Assembly (NCBI GenBank): GCA_013403005.1
Contig: JACBOA010000004.1
Span: 48,916-112,915, forward strand
DNA length: 64,000 bases
Source of the DNA: Methanobacteriaceae archaeon
GTDB lineage: Archaea > Methanobacteriota > Methanobacteria > Methanobacteriales > Methanobacteriaceae
Direction: 5' to 3'
Under the pieces are notes generated by a model, which worked only from the letters and a program-made list of their open reading frames with translations, did not search any database and was not told where the DNA came from. Within the stretch, counting starts at the first letter, position 1. Each line of letters begins with the position of its first letter. A program made the position numbers and the translations under genes. Below are positions 1-12,327 of the stretch, in pieces.

Positions 1-320
1 TCATTAGTCCAGATGTGAAACTTAGATAGGCCTCCAATCCTAGTAATAGGTTTTTCTATAATAGCTTCAAGTCTGGCGTAATATTTTATTTCCATTTTTT
101 TATCATCAATAGTAGGTAAAGCGTTTTCTTCAACAAAGGATTGATATTCCTTTTTGAAACTATCTAAAGAACCTTCTTTTAATGCATAACTAATTGTAGG
201 GTATAAGATGAATTCTTGGAGATTAGTTTTATATTTCCTGATAAGAATAGATTGTTTACCTTGTCCTAATGCTTCTACTGTAGCATTCCATTCATTGAGG
301 CACTTCTTTATTTTTACCAT
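1..320 (-). CDS. hypothetical protein, N-terminal 106 aa only (gene continues past window start)
   Basis: ATG at 320-318 on the complement strand. Frame is open down to position 2. Translation begins MVKIKKCLNEWNATVEALGQGKQSILIRKYKTNLQEF. No motif I can name. Lies divergent and immediately upstream of the Type III mod gene. Confidence 0.4.
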   Translation of the reverse strand, partial: MVKIKKCLNEWNATVEALGQGKQSILIRKYKTNLQEFILYPTISYALKEGSLDSFKKEYQSFVEENALPTIDDKKMEIKYYARLEAIIEKPITRIGGLSKFHIWTN

Positions 321-415
321 GTAATAATCCCCCTAACTTGTACATAATTTTAATAATAAATATGATACTATAACAAATTAAGTATTTAGATTAGCTGGGG
401 AGATGGTGATTGTAA

Positions 416-2299
416 ATGTCTGATTCACTTGTAGAAGCTTTGCCAAAAATCTTAAAGCAAGGAAAACGAGAAGCACAAAGAATTTTAGACGGACTTTCAA
501 AAAAGAATAGAATCACGTTACAAACAAATGAATTAGTTTTACCTTCTAAGGATAGCTCAGGTTTGTATAGAGGCCAGATAAAGGATATTGACGATAATGA
601 TTGGTTTAACCGATTAATTTATGGAGATAATTTGCTAGCTATGCAAGCTTTACTAGCGGGTGACAATAATTCACCCTCTCTTAGAGGTAAAATTGATTTG
701 ATCTATATTGATCCTCCATATGACTCAAAAGCAGATTATAGGACCAAAATACAATTACCAAATGTTGATATTGAGCAAAGACCCACAGTTATCGAACAAT
801 TTGCATATTCGGATACTTGGAAAGATGGAACCGCAAGTTACCTTCAGATGATGATCCCTCGACTTATTTTGATGAGAGAACTTCTTTCTGAGCAAGGTTC
901 AATCTATGTGCATATTGATTGGCATGTTGGTCATTACTTAAAGGTTATTATGGATGACATATTTGGTAAGGATAACTTTGTTAATGAAATTGTTTGGTCA
1001 TATGGAAAGATGGCTTCTTCATCGAAGAAATTTCTTGCGAATCACGATGTAATTTATTTCTATAAGAAATCTAACGATAATTATTTCATTCCTGTTAAAA
1101 ATAAATTAGATAAACCAGTTAAACGTTTAGCAAGAGAAATGGTAGATGGAAAATTAAAAAATGCAAGAAACCCAGATGGCTCTGTTAAATATGTGATGAT
1201 AACTGAGAAACTAGTAGATGATAACTGGGGAGACATTCCTAGAGTTATGCCTGCAAGTGGAGAATTCATAAATTACTCAACACAAAAACCTGAAAAGCTT
1301 ATTAAGAGAATGATTGATTCTTCTTGTCCGGAAAATGGGATTGTTGCTGATTTTTTTGCAGGTAGTGGTACTACTGGGGCAGTTGCAGAAAAACTTGGAA
1401 GAAAATGGATATTATCAGATTTAGGAAAACCAGCGTGTATGATCACAAGGAAAAGAATGATAGATTTGAATTCTAAGCCATTTCTATTCCAATCTATTGG
1501 TGATTATCAGAAAGAACAATATGAAAAGTCGGAATTTAGAACAATTAGAGATTTAGCTCATGTAATCATTAACCTTTATGGTGCCACTCCATTCCCTGCT
1601 AATGAAGGTGCTCCAGCTAATGCAGGTTATATCAAACAATCGAGAACTCTCGTTGTTGTTGATTCTCCTTCTAAAATGACTGGTTATAATACTCTAAGAA
1701 GGGCTCAAGAGTTTAGAAACTCGTTTGCAGGAGGTTGGAAAAAGGTAGTAGTCTTGGGATGGAACTTTGTATCAAATATCGGAGAGATCATAAGTAGCTT
1801 AGATGACAAGAATCTTGAGGTTCTTGTAATTCCTGCTGATTTATTAGACACTTTAAAGACTAAAGCGAAGTATAAGAAATTAATTCAGTCAGGTAAGGTA
1901 AGGTTCTCTTCTCTCCAGTATTTAACTGTTAAACCTGTTCAAAAATCAGATTATGATTCAAATAATGATAAGATAACTGTGGAGCTAGATAATTATATAT
2001 TACTTTCTCCAGATGCCCTCCCCCTTGATGAAAAAAACAAAGCTTTATTGGAGAATGTTATTAAAGAGGATCCTCTTAGCCTTATTGAATATTGGAGTAT
2101 TGACCCTGATTATGATGGTGAAGTTTTCCGTAGTAAGTGGCAGGATTACCGTCAAAATGTTGCTAATGATAATGATCCGTTCCGGGTGATTCGTAAGGCA
2201 GAATTAATCATTCCTAAGGAAAATAGGAAAAGAAAAATCTGTGTTAAGGCTGTTGATGTGTTTGGTTTTGAAAGTGCGACCGTGGTAGAGGTGGAATAA
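416..2299 (+). CDS. mod: Type III restriction-modification system, Mod DNA methyltransferase (N6-adenine/N4-cytosine class)
   Basis: 627 aa. Catalytic DPPY motif (IDLIYIDPPYDSKADY). AdoMet-binding FxGxG motif (DFFAGSGTTGAV). Stop overlaps by 3 bp with the start of the downstream helicase-type res gene. Confidence 0.85.
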   Translation: MSDSLVEALPKILKQGKREAQRILDGLSKKNRITLQTNELVLPSKDSSGLYRGQIKDIDDNDWFNRLIYGDNLLAMQALLAGDNNSPSLRGKIDLIYIDPPYDSKADYRTKIQLPNVDIEQRPTVIEQFAYSDTWKDGTASYLQMMIPRLILMRELLSEQGSIYVHIDWHVGHYLKVIMDDIFGKDNFVNEIVWSYGKMASSSKKFLANHDVIYFYKKSNDNYFIPVKNKLDKPVKRLAREMVDGKLKNARNPDGSVKYVMITEKLVDDNWGDIPRVMPASGEFINYSTQKPEKLIKRMIDSSCPENGIVADFFAGSGTTGAVAEKLGRKWILSDLGKPACMITRKRMIDLNSKPFLFQSIGDYQKEQYEKSEFRTIRDLAHVIINLYGATPFPANEGAPANAGYIKQSRTLVVVDSPSKMTGYNTLRRAQEFRNSFAGGWKKVVVLGWNFVSNIGEIISSLDDKNLEVLVIPADLLDTLKTKAKYKKLIQSGKVRFSSLQYLTVKPVQKSDYDSNNDKITVELDNYILLSPDALPLDEKNKALLENVIKEDPLSLIEYWSIDPDYDGEVFRSKWQDYRQNVANDNDPFRVIRKAELIIPKENRKRKICVKAVDVFGFESATVVEVE

Positions 2300-2301
2300 T
2301 T

Positions 2302-5229
2302 ATGTCTAGGATGACACACCAAGGTACCAGGGATATTCCCTTATTATTCGCCAGGGAATTGACTAATAAAGTGAACAGGGCTTGGAAAGATGGATCATTT
2401 ATAGAAAGTGTAACTCCGATAACAAAGGATTTGTTGAGGTTCTGGTTTACTGAAGCATTTTGTGATACACGAAAGTTCAATTTCCACGAAGGTCAAAGAC
2501 AAGCTATTTTGAACACGATATATCTTCATGAGGTAATGGGTGTTAGTAATGTGATGGATATGTATAAATCTATTCGCCCTGAGTTACTTAGTGAGATGAA
2601 TCTTCTGGATCTGGAGAAAGACAAATACAAACATCCTAAATATGCTATTAAGATGGCTACAGGTACTGGTAAAACATGGGTTATGCATGCATTGCTCCTC
2701 TGGCAGTTTTTAAATGCTAAACATGAAAACGAACCTTCTGGAAGATATTCTAAGAATTTCTTACTTGTTGCACCGGGATTGATTGTTTATGAAAGACTTT
2801 TAGATGCATTTTTAGGAAAAGAGCAGGTGGATGGTACTAGAGACTTTGATCAATCAGACTTCAAGACCTTTGAGAAGTTATTTGTACCTCCAGCATATAA
2901 GGATATTATTTTTGGATTCATACAATCTAATGTAGCTCGCAAAGAAGAAATAGGAACTAAAGTAACTGGTGAAGGCCTTATTGCTATCACTAATTGGCAT
3001 TTATTGGCTGAAGAGGAAGAAAAATATAGTGATAAATCTCCAATTGAGGATCCCACAGCAGTCATTAAAGATGTTCTTCCAATCACTCCAGGGAAAAGAG
3101 CTGGTAATGCTTTAGATTCTTTAGACAGCCAGTATCTTAGGGGAAGAGAAGTAGAATATCTTGCTAATTTACCAGATTTAGTTGTATTTAATGATGAAGC
3201 TCATCACATTCATGAAGTGAAACGTGGTGGAGAAATATTTGAAGTGCAATGGCAAAGGAGTTTGTTAAAGATATCTGAGCCTAAAAATGAGAATTTTATT
3301 CAAATAGACTTTTCTGCAACTCCTTACAGTGTCACAGGCAGTGGACAGAAACGTACTAGGCATTTCTTCCCTCACATAGTTGTTAATTTTGACCTAAGAA
3401 CATCCATTAGGCACGGGTTGGTTAAAACCATAGCTTTGGATAGGAGAAAAGAAGTTGCCACCATGAAACTTGATTTCAAAGCCATTAGGGAAGGTAAAGA
3501 CGTTGTGGGTTTGTCTGATGGGCAGAAAATCATGCTTAGAGCGGGTTTACAAAAGTTAAATATCCTTGAAAGAGAATTTGTTGATCTAACTTCCAACGAA
3601 GAGGGTGTTTCCAGTAAACATCCGAAGATGATGGTTATTTGTGAGGATACTAAGGTTGCTCCTTTTGTAACAGACTTCTTGATTAAATCAGAGGGTTTAT
3701 CTGAAGATGATGTGATGGAGATTCATTCAGATCGTAAAGGTAACATACCTCAGAAAGAGTGGGATGAAACCAAACAGCGATTATTTAATATTGACAAACA
3801 TAAGAGTCCAAGAGTCATTGTTTCTGTTCTTATGTTAAGGGAAGGTTTTGATGTTAACAACATCTGTGTTATTGTTCCATTAAGATCAACTACTTCGTTT
3901 ATACTCTTGGAACAGACTATTGGTCGTGGATTAAGGTTAATGTGGAGAGAACCTATTTTCGAAGAAGTTAAAGCTGAGAATAGGATACGATTATTGGATA
4001 AAAAGGAAGAACCCATAAATTATTTGGATATATTGAGTATTGTGGAACATCCTGCGTTCATAGAATTTTATGAGAAGTTAATTGATGAAGGTACAGTGGG
4101 AACTGCTGAAAAACCACCAACTGAACGCGAGAACATCTTAGGTGACATTATTAATGTTGGATTGAGGGAAGATTATGAGAAATATGATTTTTATTGGCCC
4201 TTAATTATCCGTGAAAGTGAGGAAAACCTCGCACCTACGGAATTATCATTCGAGAACATGGAATCATTTCCGGTTGCCTTGGAAGATTTGAAGCAATTAG
4301 TTCCCAAGAAGGGTGATGTTTTTTATTCTGAGGAGGTTACTGTTAGGACTAGGTTTGGAGAGTATTCTGTAACTGCGGATATATTTAATGCTAATAGTTA
4401 TAATGAATTCCTAGCCAAACTGGTAAAGGGTGTAACTTCTATGTTGATACCCATGGGTCGTAAAAGGAAAAAATCGTTCCCTATGATGCAAATTAACAAT
4501 GCAGAAATAGCCAAACTTACTGATGATTATATACGGCATAGATTGTTTGATCAATATTTTGATCCGATGGTTGATGATAATTGGAGGATACTCTTTTTAT
4601 CTGAGTCCAAGATACTATCGCATATCATTAAAAATGTCAGCAAAGCAATCTATGAGATGCAGAACAATGTGGATGTCACGGAAGCAGAAGTAATCAAAAA
4701 ACCATTTTCCGATGTAGCAGAAATAAAAATGAGGGAGAACTTCTCTCTAGACATTTCCAAGGCTATATATGAAAAATTAGCTTATCCTTCTCATAGAGGA
4801 GGATTTGAAAAAGCATTCATGGAGTTCATTGACAAAGATTCAGAAGTTCATTCTTTTATTAAAATCAACGAAGTTTATCATGACTTTGCTCATATTACTT
4901 ATATCAGAGAAGATGGACTTTTATCTCATTACTATCCGGACTTCTTAGTGCGAACATCTAATAAGGTGTATCTTGTTGAGACAAAAGCTGAAAAAGATGT
5001 TAAAAATCCTGATGTTCAGCAAAAGAGAAGAGCCACTATTGACTGGATAGATAAAATTAACCAACTTAAACCAGAAGATAGGCTTTACTCCCAATGGCAT
5101 TACGTTTTACTTGGTGAGAACACTTTCTATGAGCTAAGTGAAAAGGGTGCCGATACTATTGATATCCTTGAATATGAGAAGAAAACAAGAGGGCAGATTG
5201 AAGGTACTTTAGAGGATTATTTTATCTAA
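2302..5229 (+). CDS. res: Type III restriction enzyme Res subunit (SF2 helicase/endonuclease)
   Basis: 975 aa. Walker A KMATGTGKTWVM. DEAH box VVFNDEAHH. Helicase motif VI QTIGRGLR. Gene is 3 bp downstream of mod, which is the typical mod-res arrangement. Confidence 0.85.
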   Translation: MSRMTHQGTRDIPLLFARELTNKVNRAWKDGSFIESVTPITKDLLRFWFTEAFCDTRKFNFHEGQRQAILNTIYLHEVMGVSNVMDMYKSIRPELLSEMNLLDLEKDKYKHPKYAIKMATGTGKTWVMHALLLWQFLNAKHENEPSGRYSKNFLLVAPGLIVYERLLDAFLGKEQVDGTRDFDQSDFKTFEKLFVPPAYKDIIFGFIQSNVARKEEIGTKVTGEGLIAITNWHLLAEEEEKYSDKSPIEDPTAVIKDVLPITPGKRAGNALDSLDSQYLRGREVEYLANLPDLVVFNDEAHHIHEVKRGGEIFEVQWQRSLLKISEPKNENFIQIDFSATPYSVTGSGQKRTRHFFPHIVVNFDLRTSIRHGLVKTIALDRRKEVATMKLDFKAIREGKDVVGLSDGQKIMLRAGLQKLNILEREFVDLTSNEEGVSSKHPKMMVICEDTKVAPFVTDFLIKSEGLSEDDVMEIHSDRKGNIPQKEWDETKQRLFNIDKHKSPRVIVSVLMLREGFDVNNICVIVPLRSTTSFILLEQTIGRGLRLMWREPIFEEVKAENRIRLLDKKEEPINYLDILSIVEHPAFIEFYEKLIDEGTVGTAEKPPTERENILGDIINVGLREDYEKYDFYWPLIIRESEENLAPTELSFENMESFPVALEDLKQLVPKKGDVFYSEEVTVRTRFGEYSVTADIFNANSYNEFLAKLVKGVTSMLIPMGRKRKKSFPMMQINNAEIAKLTDDYIRHRLFDQYFDPMVDDNWRILFLSESKILSHIIKNVSKAIYEMQNNVDVTEAEVIKKPFSDVAEIKMRENFSLDISKAIYEKLAYPSHRGGFEKAFMEFIDKDSEVHSFIKINEVYHDFAHITYIREDGLLSHYYPDFLVRTSNKVYLVETKAEKDVKNPDVQQKRRATIDWIDKINQLKPEDRLYSQWHYVLLGENTFYELSEKGADTIDILEYEKKTRGQIEGTLEDYFI

Positions 5230-5281
5230 ATCATTTGCACGCATTTGAATCATCAAATTAAATGTTAAAATAAGTCAAGAT

Positions 5282-5366
<85 letters not shown>

Positions 5367-5443
5367 TTATACCATGCATAGTTAAAGATCACTTAAAAGT
5401 TTTCTTATCTTGTTTGTACTTATATATTTAGTGTGTGTGGAGT

Positions 5444-5704
5444 CTATAAATCAGGAAGATGAATAGGTTGTTCTAAAACGAATCCCCGAATTTCAGCTGG
5501 CTCTGGCAGGTCATATATAATTTCTTCATGTTCAATGAGGGTGTGAGGAAGATTTTCAAATCGCCCCACGCACTCACATTTCTCGATATCCTCTTTCAGA
5601 GGTAAAAGCAAGTTTTGGTGAAAGTTTTGGTGACAATCATGACATCTCATCACTTTTTTGGCCCCTGAACATCTCCCTCTTTTGGCCAGTGGCTCTCTAT
5701 CCAC
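5444..5704 (-). CDS. small Cys-rich hypothetical protein (possible zinc ribbon, CxxC...CxC)
   Basis: 86-aa ORF. MRCHDCHQNF...CECVGRF cysteine pattern. Same strand as the tRNA-Leu and polB genes. No homology I can recognise. Confidence 0.3.
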   Translation of the reverse strand: MDREPLAKRGRCSGAKKVMRCHDCHQNFHQNLLLPLKEDIEKCECVGRFENLPHTLIEHEEIIYDLPEPAEIRGFVLEQPIHLPDL

Positions 5705-5751
5705 CTCTTACAATACCCTTGAAAAATCAAACACAGTTGCTGATAGAGGTT

Positions 5752-5961
5752 CTAATTCCATAGGCATCCAGAAGGATTAAGCTCCCCAATTTCTTCTTCT
5801 TTAATACTCCCACTAACATAATATTCTCCCATGTTTGAAGCCTCTAAGATCCAATTCCCATCTTGATTCACAGATAAAATGGTGAAATCTCCCCTTCTGG
5901 ATGATGGTGTGTCCAATCGCACTGTGTGGAGTTTTTCACCCCGTGCTCTGGCCACATTCAA
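5752..5961 (-). CDS. doubtful small ORF (69 aa, TTG start) downstream of polB fragment
   Basis: The ORF exists only with a TTG start. The first in-frame ATG leaves 26 aa. Sits in a 300-bp gap between polB and the Cys-rich ORF. Could equally be non-coding. Confidence 0.15.
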   Translation of the reverse strand: MNVARARGEKLHTVRLDTPSSRRGDFTILSVNQDGNWILEASNMGEYYVSGSIKEEEIGELNPSGCLWN

Positions 5962-6006
5962 AATTCAAACACTCAAATTTTTCATCACATTAATCGAATT
6001 CTTAAT

Positions 6007-7788
<1,782 letters not shown>

Positions 7789-8251
7789 ACGATCCTCTAA
7801 TTTATTATAATGAAGGTATATAATTTGTTGAATGAGAAATCCAGCAAATTTCCATAGATTTAAGCAGTAAAATGCTAATAACAATAATAGGATGTTTTTT
7901 TTTAAATCCGAAAGAAGAATGGTTGCTAATATGTACTATGTTTTCTTAATCTGTTATCCAATACTATTCAATCCCTTGAATTCTCAATTTATTCCATCAA
8001 AAAAATATGATTAAGTGAACATTATTGTGTTTAAAATCATACCATCAAGATTAATTCGTCATATATTGCAACTGTATAAAAATGTTGATTAAAATATAAC
8101 TTGGCAGAGTCATAACATTTGCCCAACTTCGCCATACATTTCAAGTGTAAATATTGTTAATGAATAACAACATTGTAAATTTCTTCATATTATTAATCCC
8201 GGGTAACTGAAATTTAATTATTTAGAATATTCTAAGGGAGTAAAAGATTAA

Positions 8252-8857
8252 ATGCATCTTCAAAAAATGAATAAGGAAAAACATGACTCCTTAATGGTTT
8301 CAAAACTTATCTATGAGGCTGATGTGGATACATTCAATTTTTTCTTCGGTAACCAGGAGAATGCATCTCGGAAACTCCAGAAACTGGTGGCTGCCGGGAA
8401 CAACAGTCTGGGTTATGAGCAGATTTACGTGGCAACCAATGAAGACTCCCGTATTCTAGGAGTTATGGTCTATTCAATTGGGAAAATAGATAAAATAAAA
8501 GAATTAAAGGTTCTATTCAAAAATCTTAATATTTTAGATTCATTGAGATTTATAATGCTTGAAATACTGGACAGTATTTTTATGTCTGATCTGGATGATG
8601 ATGACTACTATTTTGCCATAGTAGCTGTTGATGAGCAAGCAAGAGGACAGGGAATCGGTTCATTTATCTTAGAAGAAGGCATAAAAATTGCCCGGAAAAA
8701 AGGTTGTAAAAGGGCTGTTCTGGACGTTGACATAGAAAATGAGGGTGCTTTAAGGTTGTATGAAAGATTCGGTTTCAAAAAATTTAAAGAAAAAATTATA
8801 TCAATATTCGGGTGGAAGAAAGGGGCTTATAATATGGAATATCTGCTTGAAAATTAG
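8252..8857 (+). CDS. GNAT family N-acetyltransferase
   Basis: 201 aa. Acetyl-CoA binding motif [34 protein letters not shown]...LYERFGFK. Confidence 0.75.
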   Translation: MHLQKMNKEKHDSLMVSKLIYEADVDTFNFFFGNQENASRKLQKLVAAGNNSLGYEQIYVATNEDSRILGVMVYSIGKIDKIKELKVLFKNLNILDSLRFIMLEILDSIFMSDLDDDDYYFAIVAVDEQARGQGIGSFILEEGIKIARKKGCKRAVLDVDIENEGALRLYERFGFKKFKEKIISIFGWKKGAYNMEYLLEN

Positions 8858-9183
8858 AGAACGCTTTATTGACTATATTTTTGCATTTTATGGTGTTGAA
8901 AGATAAAGGTAACCACAGATAAGTTTTTATATTCCAAAAAAACTAGTTCACAGTCAATTTTTTTTAACTCAAGAAAAACTAAATTGTCTTTTGTTTTATT
9001 CTCTAATAATTTATTCTCTAATTATCATTTAACTAAAGACTTGATTTTTTTGAAATTAATAAGGAGGATGAGTTTTTTCCATACTCTGTTAATCTGTCAA
9101 CTCTAACCATCAAACAATAATTATCATATTTTTAATTTAAACTATAATACTGATCAAAAACTATTTATATAATAACTTGCTTA

Positions 9184-9217
9184 TTTATCGATTAGTTGAT
9201 ATCGGTTAATCGATAAA
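9184..9217. promoter_or_regulatory. perfect 11-bp inverted repeat TTTATCGATTA-N12-TAATCGATAAA. Candidate PadR operator; a degenerate half-site copy lies at ~9293-9312
   Basis: Read directly from the sequence. The two arms are exact reverse complements, and the spacer contains GATATC. About 120 bp upstream of the PadR-family gene. Confidence 0.5.
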
Positions 9218-9338
9218 TGTGATGTGAAAAAGTCAAAAAATTAGGTTAAATCTCATTTAACTGATATCATAACATCAAATTTTCGATCTTAAATCGGTTA
9301 TACGATAAAAATACTGTCAAAGGAGGTACTGGTTCAAA

Positions 9339-9875
9339 ATGTGGGATGCCTTTAGAAATCTGCACAGAGAATTTCATGAGAGAATAGAGGAAATGCAAAG
9401 ATTCGGAGGTTTGAGAATCTGGATATTGCATGTAATTGATGAACATGGTCCTGCAAATGGTGTGGAAATTATGGATGGGATTCAGGCTCACTACGAGGCA
9501 ATAGAACGTGCGGCACCATTTGACCGTGTGTCCTGCCGAGGCCCCAAACGCAGGACACCCCGGCCTTCACCAGGCTCAGTGTATCCTATGCTTAAAAAAA
9601 TGGTTGAAGAAGGTTTAATCAACAAACTTGACGATGGAAAATATGAACTAACTGAAAGAGGACAGGAGATAGTTTATAAAATAGGGGGACGTTTCGGATT
9701 CCATAAAAAAATGGACCGTGGGGAATTATCCATAAGAAAAGCACTCACAGAAATCGAAGGGTATATCTCATATTTAGAGGACATAAAAGAAGAAAAACTG
9801 GCTTCTCATAAAAATTTAATAGCAGAATTAAGCGAAAGACTCAAAAAAATGGAAGAATCACTTCCAGATAAATAA
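9339..9875 (+). CDS. PadR family transcriptional regulator
   Basis: 178 aa. Winged-helix signature SPGSVYPMLKKMVEEGLINKLDDGKYELTERGQ, which is the canonical PadR recognition helix/wing. Confidence 0.75.
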   Translation: MWDAFRNLHREFHERIEEMQRFGGLRIWILHVIDEHGPANGVEIMDGIQAHYEAIERAAPFDRVSCRGPKRRTPRPSPGSVYPMLKKMVEEGLINKLDDGKYELTERGQEIVYKIGGRFGFHKKMDRGELSIRKALTEIEGYISYLEDIKEEKLASHKNLIAELSERLKKMEESLPDK

Positions 9876-10016
9876 ATCACCTTCCAGATGATTCACATAA
9901 ATAAATTTACAATTGTCTGGATTCCATTTTAAAACTTTCTGGAAGATGGATGATAAAAAAATTCACTGGCTTAGCTTGGGCTATGATTCTCCTTAGATTC
10001 TTGTCCCGGGCTATTA

Positions 10017-10385
10017 TTGTCCTTAAATACAATTAAAAAGGGGGAAAACATGACAAATGCTATAGAAATGAATAATCTTACTAAAATGTTCGGAGATTTT
10101 ACAGCAGTGGATAATTTATCTTTAAAGGTAAAGGATGGTGAAATCTTCGGATTTCTGGGTCCTAATGGTGCGGGAAAAAGCACCACCATACGAATGCTTT
10201 GCACTCTCACCCAGCCCACATCAGGATCCGCCCGGGTTGCAGGGTATGATTTAATTAAAGAATCAGATAAAGTCCGCCAGACTATCGGCCTGGTGGCAGA
10301 AAAGATGATCATGTATGACCGGCTCACTGCAGGAGAAAACCTCCGATTCTTCGGAAACTTATGTTCCGTACCAAAGTTAGACTAA
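10017..10385 (+). pseudogene. ABC transporter ATP-binding protein, N-terminal fragment only (truncated)
   Basis: 122 aa. Walker A GPNGAGKSTTIRML and Q-loop region are present. The ORF stops before the ABC signature (LSGGQ) and Walker B, so it cannot be a functional ATPase. Position after PadR suggests a former PadR-ABC efflux operon. Confidence 0.65.
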
Positions 10386-10431
10386 AAGAGAGGATTTTTT
10401 TAGAAAATCAATGACCAAATAGGAGGACTAG

Positions 10432-10896
10432 ATGGAAAAAGAGCTAGGAGGAATATTTATGAAATTTGAGAAGGAAATAAGGAGTTCCATTGAAACAGAA
10501 TGCGAGGATTATTTCTTAGGAGCGGTTGATTTATCTCTTTTAGAAAATCAACTGACTAAAAAATATGATTCATTAATCGCAGAATATCCTCGAGCAATAT
10601 CAGTGGGGATAACCTTACCCAGTTTCTATGACAGATTAAAAGATTATAAAAAGTTTTACAAACAGACAAACTGCCAGTTAAAATACATCACCTCACAATT
10701 AAGCAGGTTACTGGAAAGAGAGGGATATCAGGCTTTACCCATGCCCAAATCTCGAAAAAATCATCCTCACATTTCATTCCACGAAGCAGTTGCTTATCTG
10801 GCAGAAATGGGTAAAATTGAGAATAATCTTCTGATAACACCTGAAGCAGGATCAAAGGTTAACTGGGGGACTGTGTTAACCAACGCCCCATTATGA
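10432..10896 (+). CDS. hypothetical protein
   Basis: 154-aa ORF with good coding appearance. No Cys or other motif I can assign. Confidence 0.4.
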   Translation: MEKELGGIFMKFEKEIRSSIETECEDYFLGAVDLSLLENQLTKKYDSLIAEYPRAISVGITLPSFYDRLKDYKKFYKQTNCQLKYITSQLSRLLEREGYQALPMPKSRKNHPHISFHEAVAYLAEMGKIENNLLITPEAGSKVNWGTVLTNAPL

Positions 10897-10964
10897 ACTG
10901 GGAAATGCTTCAGATCAGACAATTAATGCAGCAATGAAGTTTTCATGCCTGAGGATAAAAAAAT

Positions 10965-11546
10965 GTGTTGATAAAAATGTTAACTGAATACCGGATGAAA
11001 ATGTTAAACAGAGAAGCATCTTCACCTAAAAATAAGCCATCTGCCATTGTTGAACACCTCGATATAGTAGATGGAATGGTTGTGGGTGATATAGGCTGTG
11101 GTGGAGGATATTTTACCTATAAATTTTCCAAAAAAGTAGGTTTAAATGGCAGGGTGTATGCAATTGATACCCATCGCAAATCATTGGATTACATAGGAAA
11201 TAAATCAAGAAAAGAGATGTTAAACAATATAAAACCTGTGTTAGCAGAAGAAAACGGATTTAAATTGCCTGAAACCGTGGACTTATTCTTTTTAAGAAAT
11301 GTGTTCCATCACCTCCACAACCGGGTTGAATACTTTAAAAACATTAAACAATTTTTAAAAAACAAGGGCAGAATTGCCATTATTGATTATGAAAAGAAAA
11401 AATACACCTTCACAGGACTATTTGGACATTACACTCCAGAAAGCGTTCTTTTAGACATTATGAATAAAGCAGGATTCTATCCTCTGGAAAAACATGAATT
11501 TCTACCGGATCAGTTATTCGTAATTTTCGCCAGGAAAGGAGATTAA
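10965..11546 (+). CDS. class I SAM-dependent methyltransferase
   Basis: Motif I VGDIGCGGGYFTYKFS. Motif post-I YAIDTH. About 190 aa, a typical small-molecule methyltransferase size. Confidence 0.75.
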   Translation: MLIKMLTEYRMKMLNREASSPKNKPSAIVEHLDIVDGMVVGDIGCGGGYFTYKFSKKVGLNGRVYAIDTHRKSLDYIGNKSRKEMLNNIKPVLAEENGFKLPETVDLFFLRNVFHHLHNRVEYFKNIKQFLKNKGRIAIIDYEKKKYTFTGLFGHYTPESVLLDIMNKAGFYPLEKHEFLPDQLFVIFARKGD

Positions 11547-11547
11547 G

Positions 11548-12159
11548 ATGTCAATAAAAGCAGCAGTAAAGAATCATTTCATCAACCATCTTTTTAAAGA
11601 AGATGGGGGTAACTTATCATTCCAAGAACATTTAGCTAACAATTCCAAAATCCATGGGGATTATTTTATCCAAGATAAAACTGAAGATGGAGCATTGGGA
11701 GAGATTCACCAGGAAAAATTGGTATTTAGAAGGTTCTCCTGGGAAGATTTTGATGAATCTGCAGAATTATTCAAAAAAGTATTTAATGCAGGGCCCTGGT
11801 ATGATAACTGGAGATCACTTGATGAAGTCAGAAACTATCTGGGTGAATTAGCTTCCAACCCGGTTTTCGAAGGTTTTATAGTCCAGGAAAACTCGCATAT
11901 CATTGCTGCTTGCATGGGACGCAGAAGATCATGGTGGAATGGAAAGGAGTTCTTTGTTGACGAGTTCTTGGTGGAAAATGACATGCAGGGCGAAGGGATT
12001 GGAACAAAACTCATGAATTTTGTATCTCAAAGTCTACTAAAAGAAGGATATACACGTATAATCTTATTCACCAACAAAGGAATACCTGCTGAAATTTTTT
12101 ACTTGAAAAACGGTTTTTATAATAATCAAAACAGGACAGTCATGGTTAAAGAACTTTAA
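11548..12159 (+). CDS. GNAT family N-acetyltransferase
   Basis: Motif A region FVDEFLVENDMQGEGIGTKLMNFV. Start is 2 bp after the methyltransferase stop, which suggests an operon. Confidence 0.7.
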   Translation: MSIKAAVKNHFINHLFKEDGGNLSFQEHLANNSKIHGDYFIQDKTEDGALGEIHQEKLVFRRFSWEDFDESAELFKKVFNAGPWYDNWRSLDEVRNYLGELASNPVFEGFIVQENSHIIAACMGRRRSWWNGKEFFVDEFLVENDMQGEGIGTKLMNFVSQSLLKEGYTRIILFTNKGIPAEIFYLKNGFYNNQNRTVMVKEL

Positions 12160-12327
12160 AAGTTCATATAATAGTTTATTTTCATGGAAACTATCTAAAA
12201 TGTTTTTTTTATAGGAAATTAAGATTTACCAATAGTTATTCAGGGAGGTGTGAACTCACATTCATTTTGAAAAATAATTAAATTAATTAACTATTCTTTA
12301 TATGAAGATATGTAAGGGGGAACACAA

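Noticed and set aside
1081-4016. Short minus-strand ORFs (62-88 aa) lying inside the mod and res genes
   Set aside because: They are antisense to strongly supported, motif-bearing genes and have no motifs of their own. They are typical shadow ORFs of AT-rich DNA.
5705-6006. Possible intein or split-intein remnant downstream of the truncated polB
   Set aside because: No intein blocks (no Cys/Ser-start block A, no TxxH block B, no HN-terminal block G) are present in any frame. The PolB frame simply stops after motif C.
9971-10327. 118-aa minus-strand ORF
   Set aside because: Exactly antisense to the Walker-A-containing ABC fragment. The ABC reading is the meaningful one.
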